Of a stretch of 64,000 bases of DNA, positions 33,501 to 45,642 are shown one piece after another. The first letter of the stretch is position 1, and the number at the start of each line of letters is the position of its first letter. The position numbers were made by a program, and so were the translations under genes. The notes under the pieces are model-generated. The model saw only the letters and a list, made by a program, of their open reading frames with translations. It was not told where the DNA came from and searched no databases. The stretch lies in assembly GCA_903813345.2 (NCBI GenBank), contig CAIIXF020000001.1, positions 13,392,001-13,456,000 on the forward strand, in the 5' to 3' direction. Origin of the DNA: Owenia fusiformis. Its lineage: Eukaryota.

Positions 33501-35494
33501 GGTATTCACAATTTGAAGGAAGATGTTCAACATTTGTAAGTCAATCATTTTAGATGTTCCCAGGTTGACAGGCCTCTATTTACCATACATTATACTCTAC
33601 CTTTAGTTATAAGATAATAAAAGACAGACATTGGCAGAATAACAAATTTGGTGACCATCTTGAATTTCCTGAGGCACGAATCAGAAAAGATACCATAATT
33701 GTGATCTACTCCAAAATCCCTTCAATTTGAGTTTAATATAGCCTTACTTTGAAGAGATTTGTAAATTATTGGAAAATCGCCAAGAAATGTTAAAAAAATA
33801 ATTTTCTGACAAATCACCAAAAATATGAAAGTTTGATAAACATATAATATCTCTCTGATCAAAGCCCCTGGCATGAGAAAACAAGGCATTATGAAAAAAA
33901 CTGGTCAATATGACGCAAGTTGAAAAAAGACTTTTGGACGTTTTCACCTTGAGAAGGTCAAGTCTTAAAACTAAAAATCAGGTTTGAATTTCCGAGAACT
34001 TATAGATGATTTTGAAAAATTGGTCAATTTGAATCAAGTTGAAAAAATACCTTTTTGACCATTTTTGACCTTGCGAAGGTCATTGAAGGTCAAATCTTAA
34101 GTCAGATCTGAACTTCCGTGAACTAGTAGATGATTTTAAAAATAATTGGTCAATTTGAAGCAAGTTAAAAAAAGACCATTTTAAAATTTTTTGACCTTAG
34201 GAGGTCATTGAATTCTCAAATCTAAAGTCAGATTTGAACTTCTAAGAATTTGTAGATGATTTTGAAAAAATTGGTCAATTTGAAGCAAGTTGAAAGAAGA
34301 CCTTTTTTACCTTGAGGAGGTCATTGGAGGTCATTGAAGGTCAAATCTCAAATCTAAAGTCAGATTTGAGATTGCATGAAGACCTTTTTACCTTTTTTGA
34401 CCTATAGAAGGTCATTGAAGGTCAAATCTCAAATATGAAGTCAGATTTGAGCTTTTAAGAACTTGTAGATGATTTTGAAAAAATGGTCAATTTGAAGCAA
34501 GTTGAAAAATACCTTTTTGTCCTTGAGAAAGTCATTGAAGGTCAAATCACAAGTCAGATTTATACTTATGAGAACTTGTAAATGATTCTGAAAAAATGGT
34601 CAATTTTAGGAAAGTTAAAAAACACCATTTTGACCTTTTTTGACTTTGAGAAGTTCATTGAAGGTCAAATCTAAATTCAGATTTGAACAACTGAGAACTT
34701 TTAGATGATTTTGAAAAAAATTGAAGTCAGTCTAAACAATATTTGTAAAGTTATTGAAGTTGTAAGAATTTGTTAAAAGACGCCAACCACCAACCACCAA
34801 CCACCATCACAAACAAATGGAGACCATAACACTGTATGTCACCACTTTTTGGTGGAGACATTAAAACTATTCAAAAAAAAATTTCTAAGTAAACGGAGTA
34901 ACAGACTTCATTCTATTGAATTAGATACTGCCCTGTCAACCCTCAGGCATTAGACATAGTATTTTCATGGGCTCTATCAGAGCCCATGTTATTTTCAAAA
35001 AGATTAACATGGCTGAAATGCTAGGCTTATTGCACAAAAAACTAAATAATCTGAAATATACAACTGTCATTCATGTACAATAAGAAAATACTTTTCCATT
35101 TATTATTGCACAATGGTCCTCTGATTTCTTGTTTTTTGGGCTTCTACTGATGCAATAAAACAGTGAAATGGGTGTGAAATGGGCTGTGTAAGCAGTAAGC
35201 AATGACATTTTTTGAAAGAAAATTTGCATTACTGCACCCCCCAGTGAAATCCTAGCTACTCCACTGCTTTACTATAGGGCTAGAAGAATGTACCCCCACG
35301 GGAGAATATAATCAGTTAAGATTATGTAGTAGGAATTCCCACAATCTATGCCCCCCCCCCTCCCCATCAACTTGTATCCTAGGAATAGGATTTATTTATG
35401 GTGACATATTTATCAATTGAATTCGTTTTAATCTACGAGACTACACAACTAGAAAAACAAATACCTCCCAATACTGTAAGCAGTACTTAGCCAT
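21543..35494 (-). CDS. Large zinc-finger protein (~2085 aa) with ZNF292/RLF/ZNF654-like N-terminal helical region, long low-complexity region and 4 C2HC-type fingers; 9 exons
   Basis: Phase-consistent exons 35465-35494 (MAKYCLQYWE), 32821-32975, 31736-31953 (..ACNPWGEPTLQQMM..), 30413-30615 (AIQYIAESDDYILKIRVEILI..), 24822-30044, 24379-24459, 22477-22602, 21825-21962, 21543-21626 (TAG). Fingers: CQYC..HEGLC, CNYC..HEGYC, CWKC..HLKCGTC, CSRC..HMRNRSC. The family assignment is by recalled motif similarity only. Confidence 0.75.
22795..24170 (-). mobile_element. 5'-truncated non-LTR retrotransposon (LINE): RT C-terminus plus zf-RVT-like CCHC region and (TAAA)n tail, inside an intron
   Basis: ORF 22979-24190 has WGFRFSEKKS, YKYLGI, ELGW and CNFC..ETVEHRLLLCPHY, typical of LINE ORF2. 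There is no YADD motif (truncated upstream), and a TAAA-repeat tail lies at ~22795-22825. Confidence 0.9.
24484..24687 (-). mobile_element. HINE-like family B, degenerate or rearranged copy
   Basis: gcaaaatgtcaccatatgccatttgttacag...atgtcaccacttgtggtggtataaaaa. Confidence 0.55.
24822..30044 (-). CDS. Giant 5223-bp internal coding exon of the zinc-finger gene
   Basis: Overlaps the 1716-aa ORF in the track; acceptor ttcctcttag just above 30044, donor GTATGT at 24821; phase 0/0. Confidence 0.9.
28120..28830 (-). repeat. Coding minisatellite, 51-57-bp units (~12 copies) encoding TADKTGSSMNDVSNV(DL)DV
   Basis: Repeated acattggaaacatcattcatcgaagatccagttttgtcagctgtta on the + strand; unit lengths are multiples of 3. 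Confidence 0.95.
32468..32803. repeat. Two adjacent palindromic MITE-like elements (32468-32680 and 32676-32803)
   Basis: tttatcctatgccaagttgagttt / aaactctacttggtataggataaa; ttatgtac..ttggatattggg..atcc / ggataaagcccaatatccaa..gtacataa. Confidence 0.6.
33880..34866 (-). mobile_element. HINE-like family B, long copy with ~7 tandem ~125-bp units
   Basis: Same repeat unit and same right-hand block (ggagaccataac..atgtcaccactttttggtggagacat) as 17199-17851. Confidence 0.75.
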
Positions 35495-35902
35495 CTTATT
35501 TGATTTGTAGTCCGGCTTCAATGGAAATGTAAACAATGTTTTGAACTTTCACATGTTTTTGATTTTGGCAGAATGAATACGGAGTGAATATTAGAGTGAT
35601 ATGCATATTTATATAATCTTTAGATAATCTTTATATCGTTTATCAAGTAACAATAATTTATTCTTATAATAATACATGATAGTATTTATCGATTGGTGAA
35701 TATTTCGATGTGTTTATTAGGAAAAATGAATGTCTATTTATAACTCGAAATCTGATTGGCTGCTATTTTTAGAAAGGTGGGTATATAGATATGGAAAATA
35801 TGAAATGTATTCAGTTATACTTTCACAGTTATACTTTCGAATACGTTGCGTTGAAACATAGAATTACGTCTACGGAATCTTGATTATTTAAGGAACATCT
35901 AG
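35495..35902. promoter_or_regulatory. Putative bidirectional promoter region between the zinc-finger gene (-) and a non-coding first exon of RhoBTB-1 (+)
   Basis: Minus-strand ATG at 35494; plus-strand consensus donor TAG|GTAAGT at 35902/35903, pairing with the acceptor at 37352; locally CpG-retaining, with an ATTGG (CCAAT) box at ~35755. Confidence 0.45.
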
Positions 35903-37194
35903 GTAAGTATTACATTGATTCTAGTAGCAATGTTTTCTGTGAATAGGTTGTAGAAATGTGACTTCCGGGTTTGCAATGATCTGACCTACATTTATAATTT
36001 ATTTGTTTATGTTTACACTAACTGCACGTGGCCTACATATTTTGACAGGACGTTTTGTTTTCTTCATCCTACAGCCCATTTCATTGTTTTATTTCGTCAG
36101 TAAAACCTAAAAAATAAGAAATCAAAAGACCATCACATGCTATCTATTGCAAGACTTATGCCTACAACCAGGGTTTGTGTAAAAAACCGGGTGACAGGGT
36201 ATTTAACGTTCCTAGCAGGGTTAGGAATTATTTTATTTAAAACGTTGGATCTGGACGATACATGTGCGTTATTTTCGACATCACGTTTTGAGGTTATTTC
36301 ACATCGTAAGAACGTTTTGACAACGTTAACTTTTAAAATAACGTCGGTAATGAACCGATTTAGTGAGAACATATTGACGTCTTTGTAACGTTTCCTTGAC
36401 TCACAAATGTTTTGAAGCCATTTCCACAATGTTGAAATTCAACCATCCATCGATCGACGTTTTGCTGAATATTTAAATAACGTCAGATCAATACGGTCCA
36501 TGAACGTCATTATTGACGTCACGTTTTGAGGTTATTTCAATTCAAGACCATGTGTTACCATGATGGAATGGCTCATTTTGTGTTTTTGTCCCTGGGGATA
36601 TATATCTTGGATGACCCATTCCATAATTAACAAACTTGGCTAGAGACCGAGTAAATGTGGACCATGTGTAAACAGAAAAAGGTACATATTGTTTTGTTTA
36701 CATATTCGTTAAACAATATTTTCTCTTGACCATATTGTTACTGTCCCATACACATTCTATATATGCATTCACCTTTAGCATTCTTTGTATTGTGAAATAT
36801 TGTCTAAAATGTCTCTGTGTATACTAAATAGATTTCTCATATGACTAACAAAGATACAGCCATCTTTACCCCATGCAAGATATTGCCATCTTTCATCCTA
36901 AAAAGTCACACGTGCAAGATGACATTTAATTGTGACATCACTGGTCTATAAACATCAACAACATGGCAACGGACACACCGTACACACCGTACCCATGCTA
37001 ATTCTACAAACCTTAGCTGTGACGTCATAACAATGGGGCTTTGTTGCCACGTGTATCTATGTATTTTCTTCAATATTGTTATGACGTCATAACAATTGAA
37101 AGATGAAGTTCAATTAATTTGTAGCTATTTTTCACTAAGTTTTATTACAAAATGGTGAAAATATAGCATAATACAGAGTCATATGAGAAAAACT

Positions 37195-37335
37195 TTCTTG
37201 TACTCGTACCTGTGCAATATCGTCCATTCTTGACTCGCTTTGATAATGTTTCTTTATCTCGTCTTCGACTCGATGAAGAAGAATTATCAAAGCTCATCAA
37301 GAATGGACGATCTTGCACAGGTACTCATATAAGAA
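37195..37335. repeat. Palindromic MITE-like hairpin just upstream of the RhoBTB-1 3' splice site
   Basis: gtacctgtgcaatatcgtccattcttga..gctttgataat / attatcaaagct..tcaagaatggacgatcttgcacaggtac. Confidence 0.7.
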
Positions 37336-37374
37336 CCTCTATTTCTTTTCAGGTATACGTATACAAAATTAAAG

Positions 37375-40300
37375 ATGGAAAATTTGAAGCTATTGGTGGT
37401 TGGAGATGGCGGAGTTGGTAAAAGCTGCTTACTGATATCCTACACCACTAATAGTTTTCCAAGTGAATACGTCCCTACAGTCTTTGACAACTACTGTGCT
37501 AACATGGTGATTGATGGCAAAGCTTACAATATTGGCCTTTGGGATACAGCTGGCCAGGTAATCATATTCCCCCCCCCCTCCTCCGTAACCGTGGCAACTG
37601 GAAGTCCCTGTTTTGGGTCACTTATTGAAGCCTGTTTATGTTCCACAATTCCAGTGGACAAACTTATTGGGGAGAGTGTACATTGTGTTTGACATAAGTC
37701 TACACTACAAAGTTATTTTTTATAGATATAAAAATTGTTCATGTTAGATAACATTTGGAAACATCACTTCAAATTACAGAATTAAAGAAGCTTGTTTTGC
37801 GCAAAAATCATACTTGCTCAATACTTACATAGTAATGTGTGGTATACTGTCACTATTAATGTGACCTGGCTTATTGTTTAGAGGGAATACTAAATAGTGT
37901 TATGAAATATACTTGTAGGAAGATTATGATAGATTGAGACCACTTTCATACCCCCAGACTGATGTATTTTTCCTATGCTTTGATATTGGATCACCTGATT
38001 CATTTGAAAACATACATGAGAAGTGGGTTCCTGAGATCAAACATCATTGTCCTCATACACCCTTCATGCTTGTTGGCTGCAAATCAGGTAAGAAAAAAGA
38101 AACATGTGCTAAACTTAAAGGCAGAATCAGATCTATATAATAGGGGATGACAAAATTGCAAGCAACATGAATTTGCCTGCCAATCTATTCTTTATGAAAT
38201 AATCTCAAATATGAATTCCCCCGAAAGATTCACAATATGCTATAAATTGGTTATTAAGGTTTCAAAGTTTGTTTCGAATTTATATTTCATATAAATCTCT
38301 TAATAATTCTAGATCTGCGTTCCTCCACCCGAGATGGCAAGTGCATTGTCACCAGAAAGGAGGCAGATGATCTTGCGCAAAAACTAGGCTGCAAATACCA
38401 AGAAACTAGTGCTCTAACACAAGACGGCCTACAGGATTGCTTTACTCAAGCAGTGAGTTGCAATTTTATCAAATTCAGTGTCCTTTTAATAGTTAAGGGC
38501 CTTACCACCTATTCCTCAGGTTCAGGCATGGGCTTTCAACAGAACTGTACCCATGGTACAGGTTACAATCTCTTGCTGAGAAAAGTGTAATCCACTTTGG
38601 CTAGTATGATAGTCTTAATGTAATCTAAATGTTACAGTGATATACGTAACCGTGAATTCTCATGAATGTCTAAAAGTTTTATTTTAAATTCTCCAAAGTC
38701 TTTATAAGATAAAGATTGTAGAGACATTTTAATTTATTAAAATTTGTCATAGGATTTGAATCCCCAAATTTGCATGTTCTTAACTCTTCAGGGTGTAGTC
38801 TAAATTTACAATCACACATATATCAACATGTTTTAAAGGTGAGAGTGTGCGTGAATGACAAGCGACATTCCAAATTGAAAAAGAAGGGTTTCAGTCTTTT
38901 TTCCCGAAAAACTGAGGAAAATCTGCCAGTTCCTCCTGTAATGCCCCCTGCTGGTAAGATTTTACATTATAACAAAATAAATACCTTGAAAGTCAATCAT
39001 TTTAAATTTTTAAATGGTGTAACTTTTTCAACTGGACATTGTGTAATTTTTGTTACCATTGGGTTTTACAGCTGCGACCATGTAATAATAACATAGTGCT
39101 CAATATAATGAATATACATCTTCAGGAAAGGCACCTTTGCTAGAAATAGAAACATCTACATTTGCTGACCAATGGCACAAGATGCTAAAGAATCCATCAA
39201 ATACTGATGTAGCCTTCAAAGTTGGCCGCCATGAGCTCGTTGCTCATAAAATCATCCTTTGCGCTGCCTCAGAGACCTTTAGGAGAATGCTTGATATTAC
39301 ACCAGACTCTGAAGTAAGCCCTATTGATTTGACCTCACTTGTTTAAATGTAATGAAAAATGGCCTAAGTGCAAATATTATTATGTGCAGAGTATAGGAAA
39401 ACAGTCCTTATTTCAGACATCTGACATTAAATGGCCATACTGAGTGAAATGTTACATTGGTCGTTGTAGTGATCGTTCCACTGTCTTCTGTCTTGATGCA
39501 GCATTCACATAAGCTTAGAAACATTCCAATCGCAATAGGGTCATTAAACTAGAAATATATCGCATACGAAATGTCATCAATCAGTTGCATGTATAGGTCT
39601 GTTTTTTTCAAAAAATTCCAGGGGGTTACCTTAATTTGACAACTTTGGCCCAAAATCACCTAAGCTTGAAGAGTGCTCAGAATGGTGAAAACCTACATAA
39701 TTTTGAAAGAATTTTTGGCCAGGGGGGGTTTCTGGCTAGGGGCTTGATGTATCATTCAACCATAATTCTGCATATTTCAGGTGAACCAATTGGAAGCTGT
39801 GGAATGTGATATTACTGCAGAGAAGATTGCAGCTGGGTTGGTGCCAGGTGTTGAGAATGTGTCTCAAGATTCTGATGATGTCACCATTATAACTCTTAAA
39901 GAAGATATCAGTGGCAAAGCCTTTGTACATGTCCTGGAGTTCTTCTATACAGGTATTGCAATTGTGTTTAAAGTGTGCGATACATGATGTAAATCTTTGC
40001 TAAAGAGATTAATGTAATTATCTGTATTGAGCCATGTATTGACCCTACTCTAAAATGTGAAACGCATCATAAGTTTAATAAATTGATATGAAATAAGATA
40101 ATACGTTATTTCCTGTTTCCAAACATCATATCAACATGTATTTCTTATTAAGGAGTCCCTGTATTGAAAGATGAGACCCCCACAGATGACCTTAATGACC
40201 TCAAGCATGCAGCAATCACATTCAACCTTCCCCAGCTTGTGACCATATGCGAGAACATTGAGCAGGACATGGAGTTTCTCAATCCAAGTATTGGGACATA

Positions 40301-42013
40301 CCTAAATGATGAAACAGGGGCAAAGCTGAAGAAGATGTTCTTGAACAAACCTCTTTTGGCAGATATCATCTTCATCGTTGAAGGTAATAATTTCATATAA
40401 TATTCTTGGTACTAATCTAAAGTTTTCAATGAATCTTTACCAAGAAGTTTAAGAAACCTGTTTCAAGGGTTCATTTCAAATGCCCAATGGTATGGTTTCT
40501 TGTTTTGGTATAGGCCTAGTGGGTATTTGTGATGCAAATTCAATCTTTATCGCTGTGTGTCTTTTTTTGTTATTCGTGTCATCTTTATGTGTTCCAGGTA
40601 CCAAAGTGTTTGCTCATAAAGCAGTAGTGACTACCAGATGTGAAGTTTTAGCTGCAATGTTCAGTGGCCACTTTGTTGAGACCTCAAAGGGATCTTGCAC
40701 ACAGGTATTTTCTAAAACATTATATTTTAAGCAGTTCACTTATTAAAGAGATGATCACACATACATATATACATGTAAGGGCTTTTTGAGCTGGTTAATT
40801 CAATACACATGTATCTTCATTTGAACATGCTGTGCTTGAAATGCAGTCAGTAATGTGAATTCAAAAATATAAATTTTGCTAAAGACCATAAAATGTTTGG
40901 TGAGGATTATTGGAGACTTTCATCCAGATATCTTCAGCTCTAAATTCTATTGATTAGAATTTAACATACTGTGATCGGGATATTTGACCCTAATCACATG
41001 AAGTTTTTATCAAACACTCAGATTAAGCTTTTTGAAGCAAGCAGAGGAAAACTTTTGGATCAACCCTGGTACACATACTTTCAGAAAATAGTTCTTCCAA
41101 AAACAATTGATTCTTAAAACTTTTCCAGGTTGAGATTGGTGGGACCAGCCTAGCAACATTCCTTGCCTTACTGGAGTACCTTTACACTGATCACTCCCCC
41201 ATAGAGGAGAATGACTCCATTGAGATCCTCGTCCTTGCCAACCAGTATTGCCAGACAAGACTAATCAACCTATGTGAACTGTACATCACCAAAGAAATCG
41301 ATCGCTCAGTCACTAAGTCAATTGAAAAGTCAGACATTGATGTTATAGGACTCTTGTTGTCTTGCCAGGTAAGGTGCAACTTTTATATTGAAATTAATAA
41401 TAAATCTGAAAACAAATTTCAATATTATGATGCTTTATGTAAAAAAAAGGATGGGCCATACAAATTTAACACATTCATTACAACAACATCCAACGGACTT
41501 AACTTGTAAGATGCCAATATTAATGGGAACTTAAAGGGCTTGCATTTGAGATATTAATACATTTTACTCATACTACTTTAAATGTTTTACTAAACTGTAA
41601 GATTTTGATTGTGATGACATATTTCATTCAATCTGGAATTTATGAATTAACAGTAAAGAAATCTATGAAAAGAGATGCTCAATATGTCTGCCTTAATTGC
41701 CAATAATACAGCTCTCAATCTTTTGAAACATTTTCAACAATACATCAGTTCTTTTTAGTCTATTTATCTTCTTATTCTATTTCAGTTTCACAATGCTGAC
41801 CAATTAGCCAAATGGTGCCTACATTTCATATCTACTAACTACAGTGCATTTGTGAATCGTTCAGAATTCCCCCAACTTGCTGACAGTAACCTTGAATATA
41901 TAGAGGAACATAGGTGGCCTCCAGTGTCCTACCTCAATGAGGTAGAGGAGTACAATCAATTGATGAAGAAACGAGGCAAAAAATCAACATTTTTCAGCTC
42001 TTTGTTCTCCTAG
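37375..42013 (+). CDS. RhoBTB: RhoBTB / RacA-type protein (Rac-like GTPase + Pro-rich linker + 2 BTB + C-terminal domain), 10 coding exons, ~590 aa
   Basis: Exons 37375-37557, 37919-38087, 38313-38452, 38839-38953, 39126-39313, 39781-39952, 40153-40383, 40598-40704, 41129-41368, 41786-42013. Motifs [48 protein letters not shown] motifs AHKIIL, AHKAVV..RCEV..AMFSGHF, LEYLYTD; C-terminal HRWPP. Confidence 0.93.
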
Positions 42014-42673
42014 TGATAAGATAGATGATGATGTATTGTAAGTTATGGATGTGCATTCTCCAGATGCATCAGTTTCTCCACATTACACTTCAATTCAGCT
42101 ACCTGAAAGCTATGGCAGTGAACGTCTACATTGAGAAAGAGAATGTAGGATAGTTGCAGATTGACTGAAGACAGACAGACTGAAAGTTGTCATATATTTT
42201 GTTTGACCTTTTACATGAAATTGTCAAGCATATAGTTTCAAAAAATATCTGTGAAATCAGAATGCTTTCTTCTGAGCATGTTGTGTTTCTGTGCAATATT
42301 TTGCAATGAACAGTCTTAGACATATGTTCCCATATGTTGAATTAAGTCATGTATTGCATTAAATTACCTTGTGTAATTGGCATAATCTTAGTATTCAATC
42401 AGTTTTAAAACTGACATTTTGAAAGTCTTTAATATGTGCAGTGTTTACAATCTGTATAGACTTTTTAATAGAACTAAAGCAAAGTACTATTTGCATTAAT
42501 TATTTAAGATTATGTATGTGTATATGTATACTTTAAAAAAAACTAGCCATGAATTACATAGATTAATGTGATGGCTATTAATGTACGGTACCGAGAACGC
42601 TGTACGACACCATACTCTGAATGCACTGTACAGTACTGTGATTTTACATTGCGGATTGGGGGTGTAGTAATTA

Positions 42674-42754
42674 CAGGGTGATCATAAAATGAACCAGATT
42701 CATAAATATTTACAATAGTTAGAGCACTTTTGTTCTTAATTTATGATCACCCTG
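42674..42754. mobile_element. ~80-bp Tc1/mariner-type MITE
   Basis: TA-cagggtgatcataaa ... tttatgatcaccctg-TA. Confidence 0.7.
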
Positions 42755-43743
42755 TATGTTGACAGAACTGGACATACGTGTATATCTATCAGGGTCTGAT
42801 AATCAATTGATATCATGCTTTGAACCTTTGTCAACATTAGACTGGCATAATGTATATGATTTTGATTTTTCTATGCAAATCATTCATATCATTTTATGCC
42901 AAAAGGGAAAAATGCTGAACTCAGTTATCATAAAACATCCTTGATTAAAAATGGCCCATGGAAATAAATATTTACCATTTTGCTTATACTACAATGTATA
43001 TGTAAAGACTTATGAAAGTCTAAAGTTAGAACAGGAAGTTTTACCTGAATGACATTTTGTGCAGTATTAGATAACATATGTTGTATATAATTATTTTACT
43101 GTATTGTTGTTTTTTAATTTTATAGCTGAAATGCTCTTTCAATTGTTACATTTTAATTTTACAAATGTAAGCCTACTAAAATGTATTAGGGATTTAAATT
43201 GAACTGAATAAATTAACTTGGAAAATATATGAACTAGTTTTACTTTAAGACAGTTTTCAGTCTGTTATACATTTCATCTTTAATGAAGATGAATTTCTCA
43301 TTTCTTAAAAGGATAAGTCAAGATATTGACTTATAAAATATTGAAAATTGTAAAGTATGAAAAACCAACTCAGTTACACAATCATATTATTGAATTATCA
43401 AAGACAATGCATACCTGTATACAAAAGAACTAAAAAGATTTCAAGTGCAAATACTAAATTAATGATTTACACAAGTTTGTTACACATCCTCCAAAGCATT
43501 GTTTACTGTTCTTGGTAGATGATTGAATGGTATTATTTGATAACTTAATTGGCATTTATTTGGGTGAATGTAATTTTTCTGATTTTTCTAATATCAAGTG
43601 GCAGCCATCTTGCTTTGCCCCCTTTTTATATAAATGATGGGATAATAATTTAAAACCCCAAAATTGATTTTCTTTTAAACTCATGATGTCAGTTGTGCTT
43701 TTTGCATGATAATGACTTTTTGTAAGAATGCTTTTTATATTAA

Positions 43744-44227
43744 AGGCCCACTATACTTAATTTAGAAGAAAAAAGAAAAAATAATCATTGAAACATGTTA
43801 CTCACACACTCGCTCAAATATGAGACAAAGTTTGATTTGCTTTAATATTAAATCAAGAAAAAAATAACTCACAGAGAAAAAAGCATTTGAAGTTCAGGGA
43901 TCCTTAGACATACATGCACATGTTAAACAAAGTGCATGTTTTAAGTTACTGTTGATGTGATACTTCTATAAAAATGAATGTATCATGTAATACAAACAAC
44001 TTTGCCATCTTTCAATGACATTGATAAATATTTGATATATAAAACTTGACAGATCGAAAATATCTTTTGATAATTTATTGTAAGCTTTGATGTGGTCCGT
44101 TTGAGGTGTTGTTGGTGTCAAATGAAAGATAGTTCTTATCAATACATTGGACAATGGACATACTATGACTATTCAAATGTAAGTCTTTATTTTGCCCAAA
44201 AACGTTGAAAATACGCAAAGTGGGCCT
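43744..44227. mobile_element. TTAA-flanked MITE (Kolobok-like)
   Basis: TTAA-aggcccact ... agtgggcct-TTAA. Confidence 0.6.
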
Positions 44228-45642
44228 TTAAATGTGAAAAAGATTTACTGTAAATGGGATAACCATTGGTCCACAGCAGGATGAAACTAACTAGAGTTAG
44301 CCTTACCCAAAATGATGGACAAACTTTGAAAGTATCAATAAACCAGCTCTTTTCGGCAAAACAATCTGGAGTCCAAATATTTTGCCATGAAAACTTATAA
44401 TCCCATTGTGTTTTCTCATAATTGTTCACTTTTGCGAGTTTACTTCTGTTTTCAAGAGTTAGCATGATTTTATAAGAATGAAATAATCTTAATCCACAGT
44501 CTGATTCAATTATGAATCACACTGTTGTGTCATGTGTTTTTTTTGTCTTTATAGCTTGTTCCTTCAGACACATACCTGCCAACCTATCATGTAATGGGAG
44601 ATTTGATTTAGAAAATGAATCAATATTTCTTCAACCAGAAAATATGAGACTTTTTCTTTTATGAAAATGGAAGATTTGGAAAGTTGCATACATTTTGTAT
44701 ATCCCAAGATTTGAAAATAACAAAATTGTTAATCACTTCTTGTTTTCTTTTTCTTTCAGTTGTGTAACAGGAAACATCTCATTGACACAGAGAAAATTCT
44801 AATATGACACCGAGATCAAGGTATTCATTTTAATTCTCTTTTCTGTAATTGCTGTGTAAATCTGTGAGCTTCTGATTTTTAATGCTTATATTGAGGAAAT
44901 AATATTTCATACCTTATGAATGTTGTTATCTGATGCTAAAGACAATAAACATAATTTCAGTTGTCTGTTGAATTTAAAGCGAGTATGATACACTGTATGA
45001 AATAGTTATCCATCTATAGGTTTGAAAACAGTTGGGAAGATTTTGAAAGTTAAAATTTTAACACAATTTGTACCCAAGATGACAAAATTGTTAATCAGAT
45101 GATTGTTTTTAGGACTTGGCAGGTCTGCTAATGTCTATTTATAATTTAAAATATATGGCTGCTATTTTTAGAAAGTGAGTATAAATCTAAAATGTGGAGC
45201 TCACATTCTTGAGTCATTCTCTTTTTCAGGTTGTAATATAACAGCTAGGCAACATCTCATTGGCACAGAGAAACATATAAATATGGAACTATGAGAATGT
45301 ATGAGATATCAAGGTAAGTTAAAATTCAATTTTATTTCACTTTTCTGTAATTGATGTGTATATCTGAGATTCAGATTTTTAATGCTTATTTATAATATTT
45401 TGAATTAATTGTTTATTGATAAAACAGAGTTAAATATTTCCATAATAAAAATCAAATGAGTGATCGTGCAATGTTAGGAATATGATACAAAATTGTAGCT
45501 TGGACAACACAGTAAAACAATCTACAGAGTTTACCCAACACAGATCTACTCCAAATATATGTTTTACAAATACATCATTGTTATTTGTAGGAAAATGTTT
45601 CCATCAGTTGATCTAAAGCAGCTTATTTCCTAAAAATTTAAA

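Noticed and set aside
44571-45127. hAT-like termini catacctgccaa / ttggcaggtctg
   Set aside because: No matching 8-bp TSD; too weak to call.
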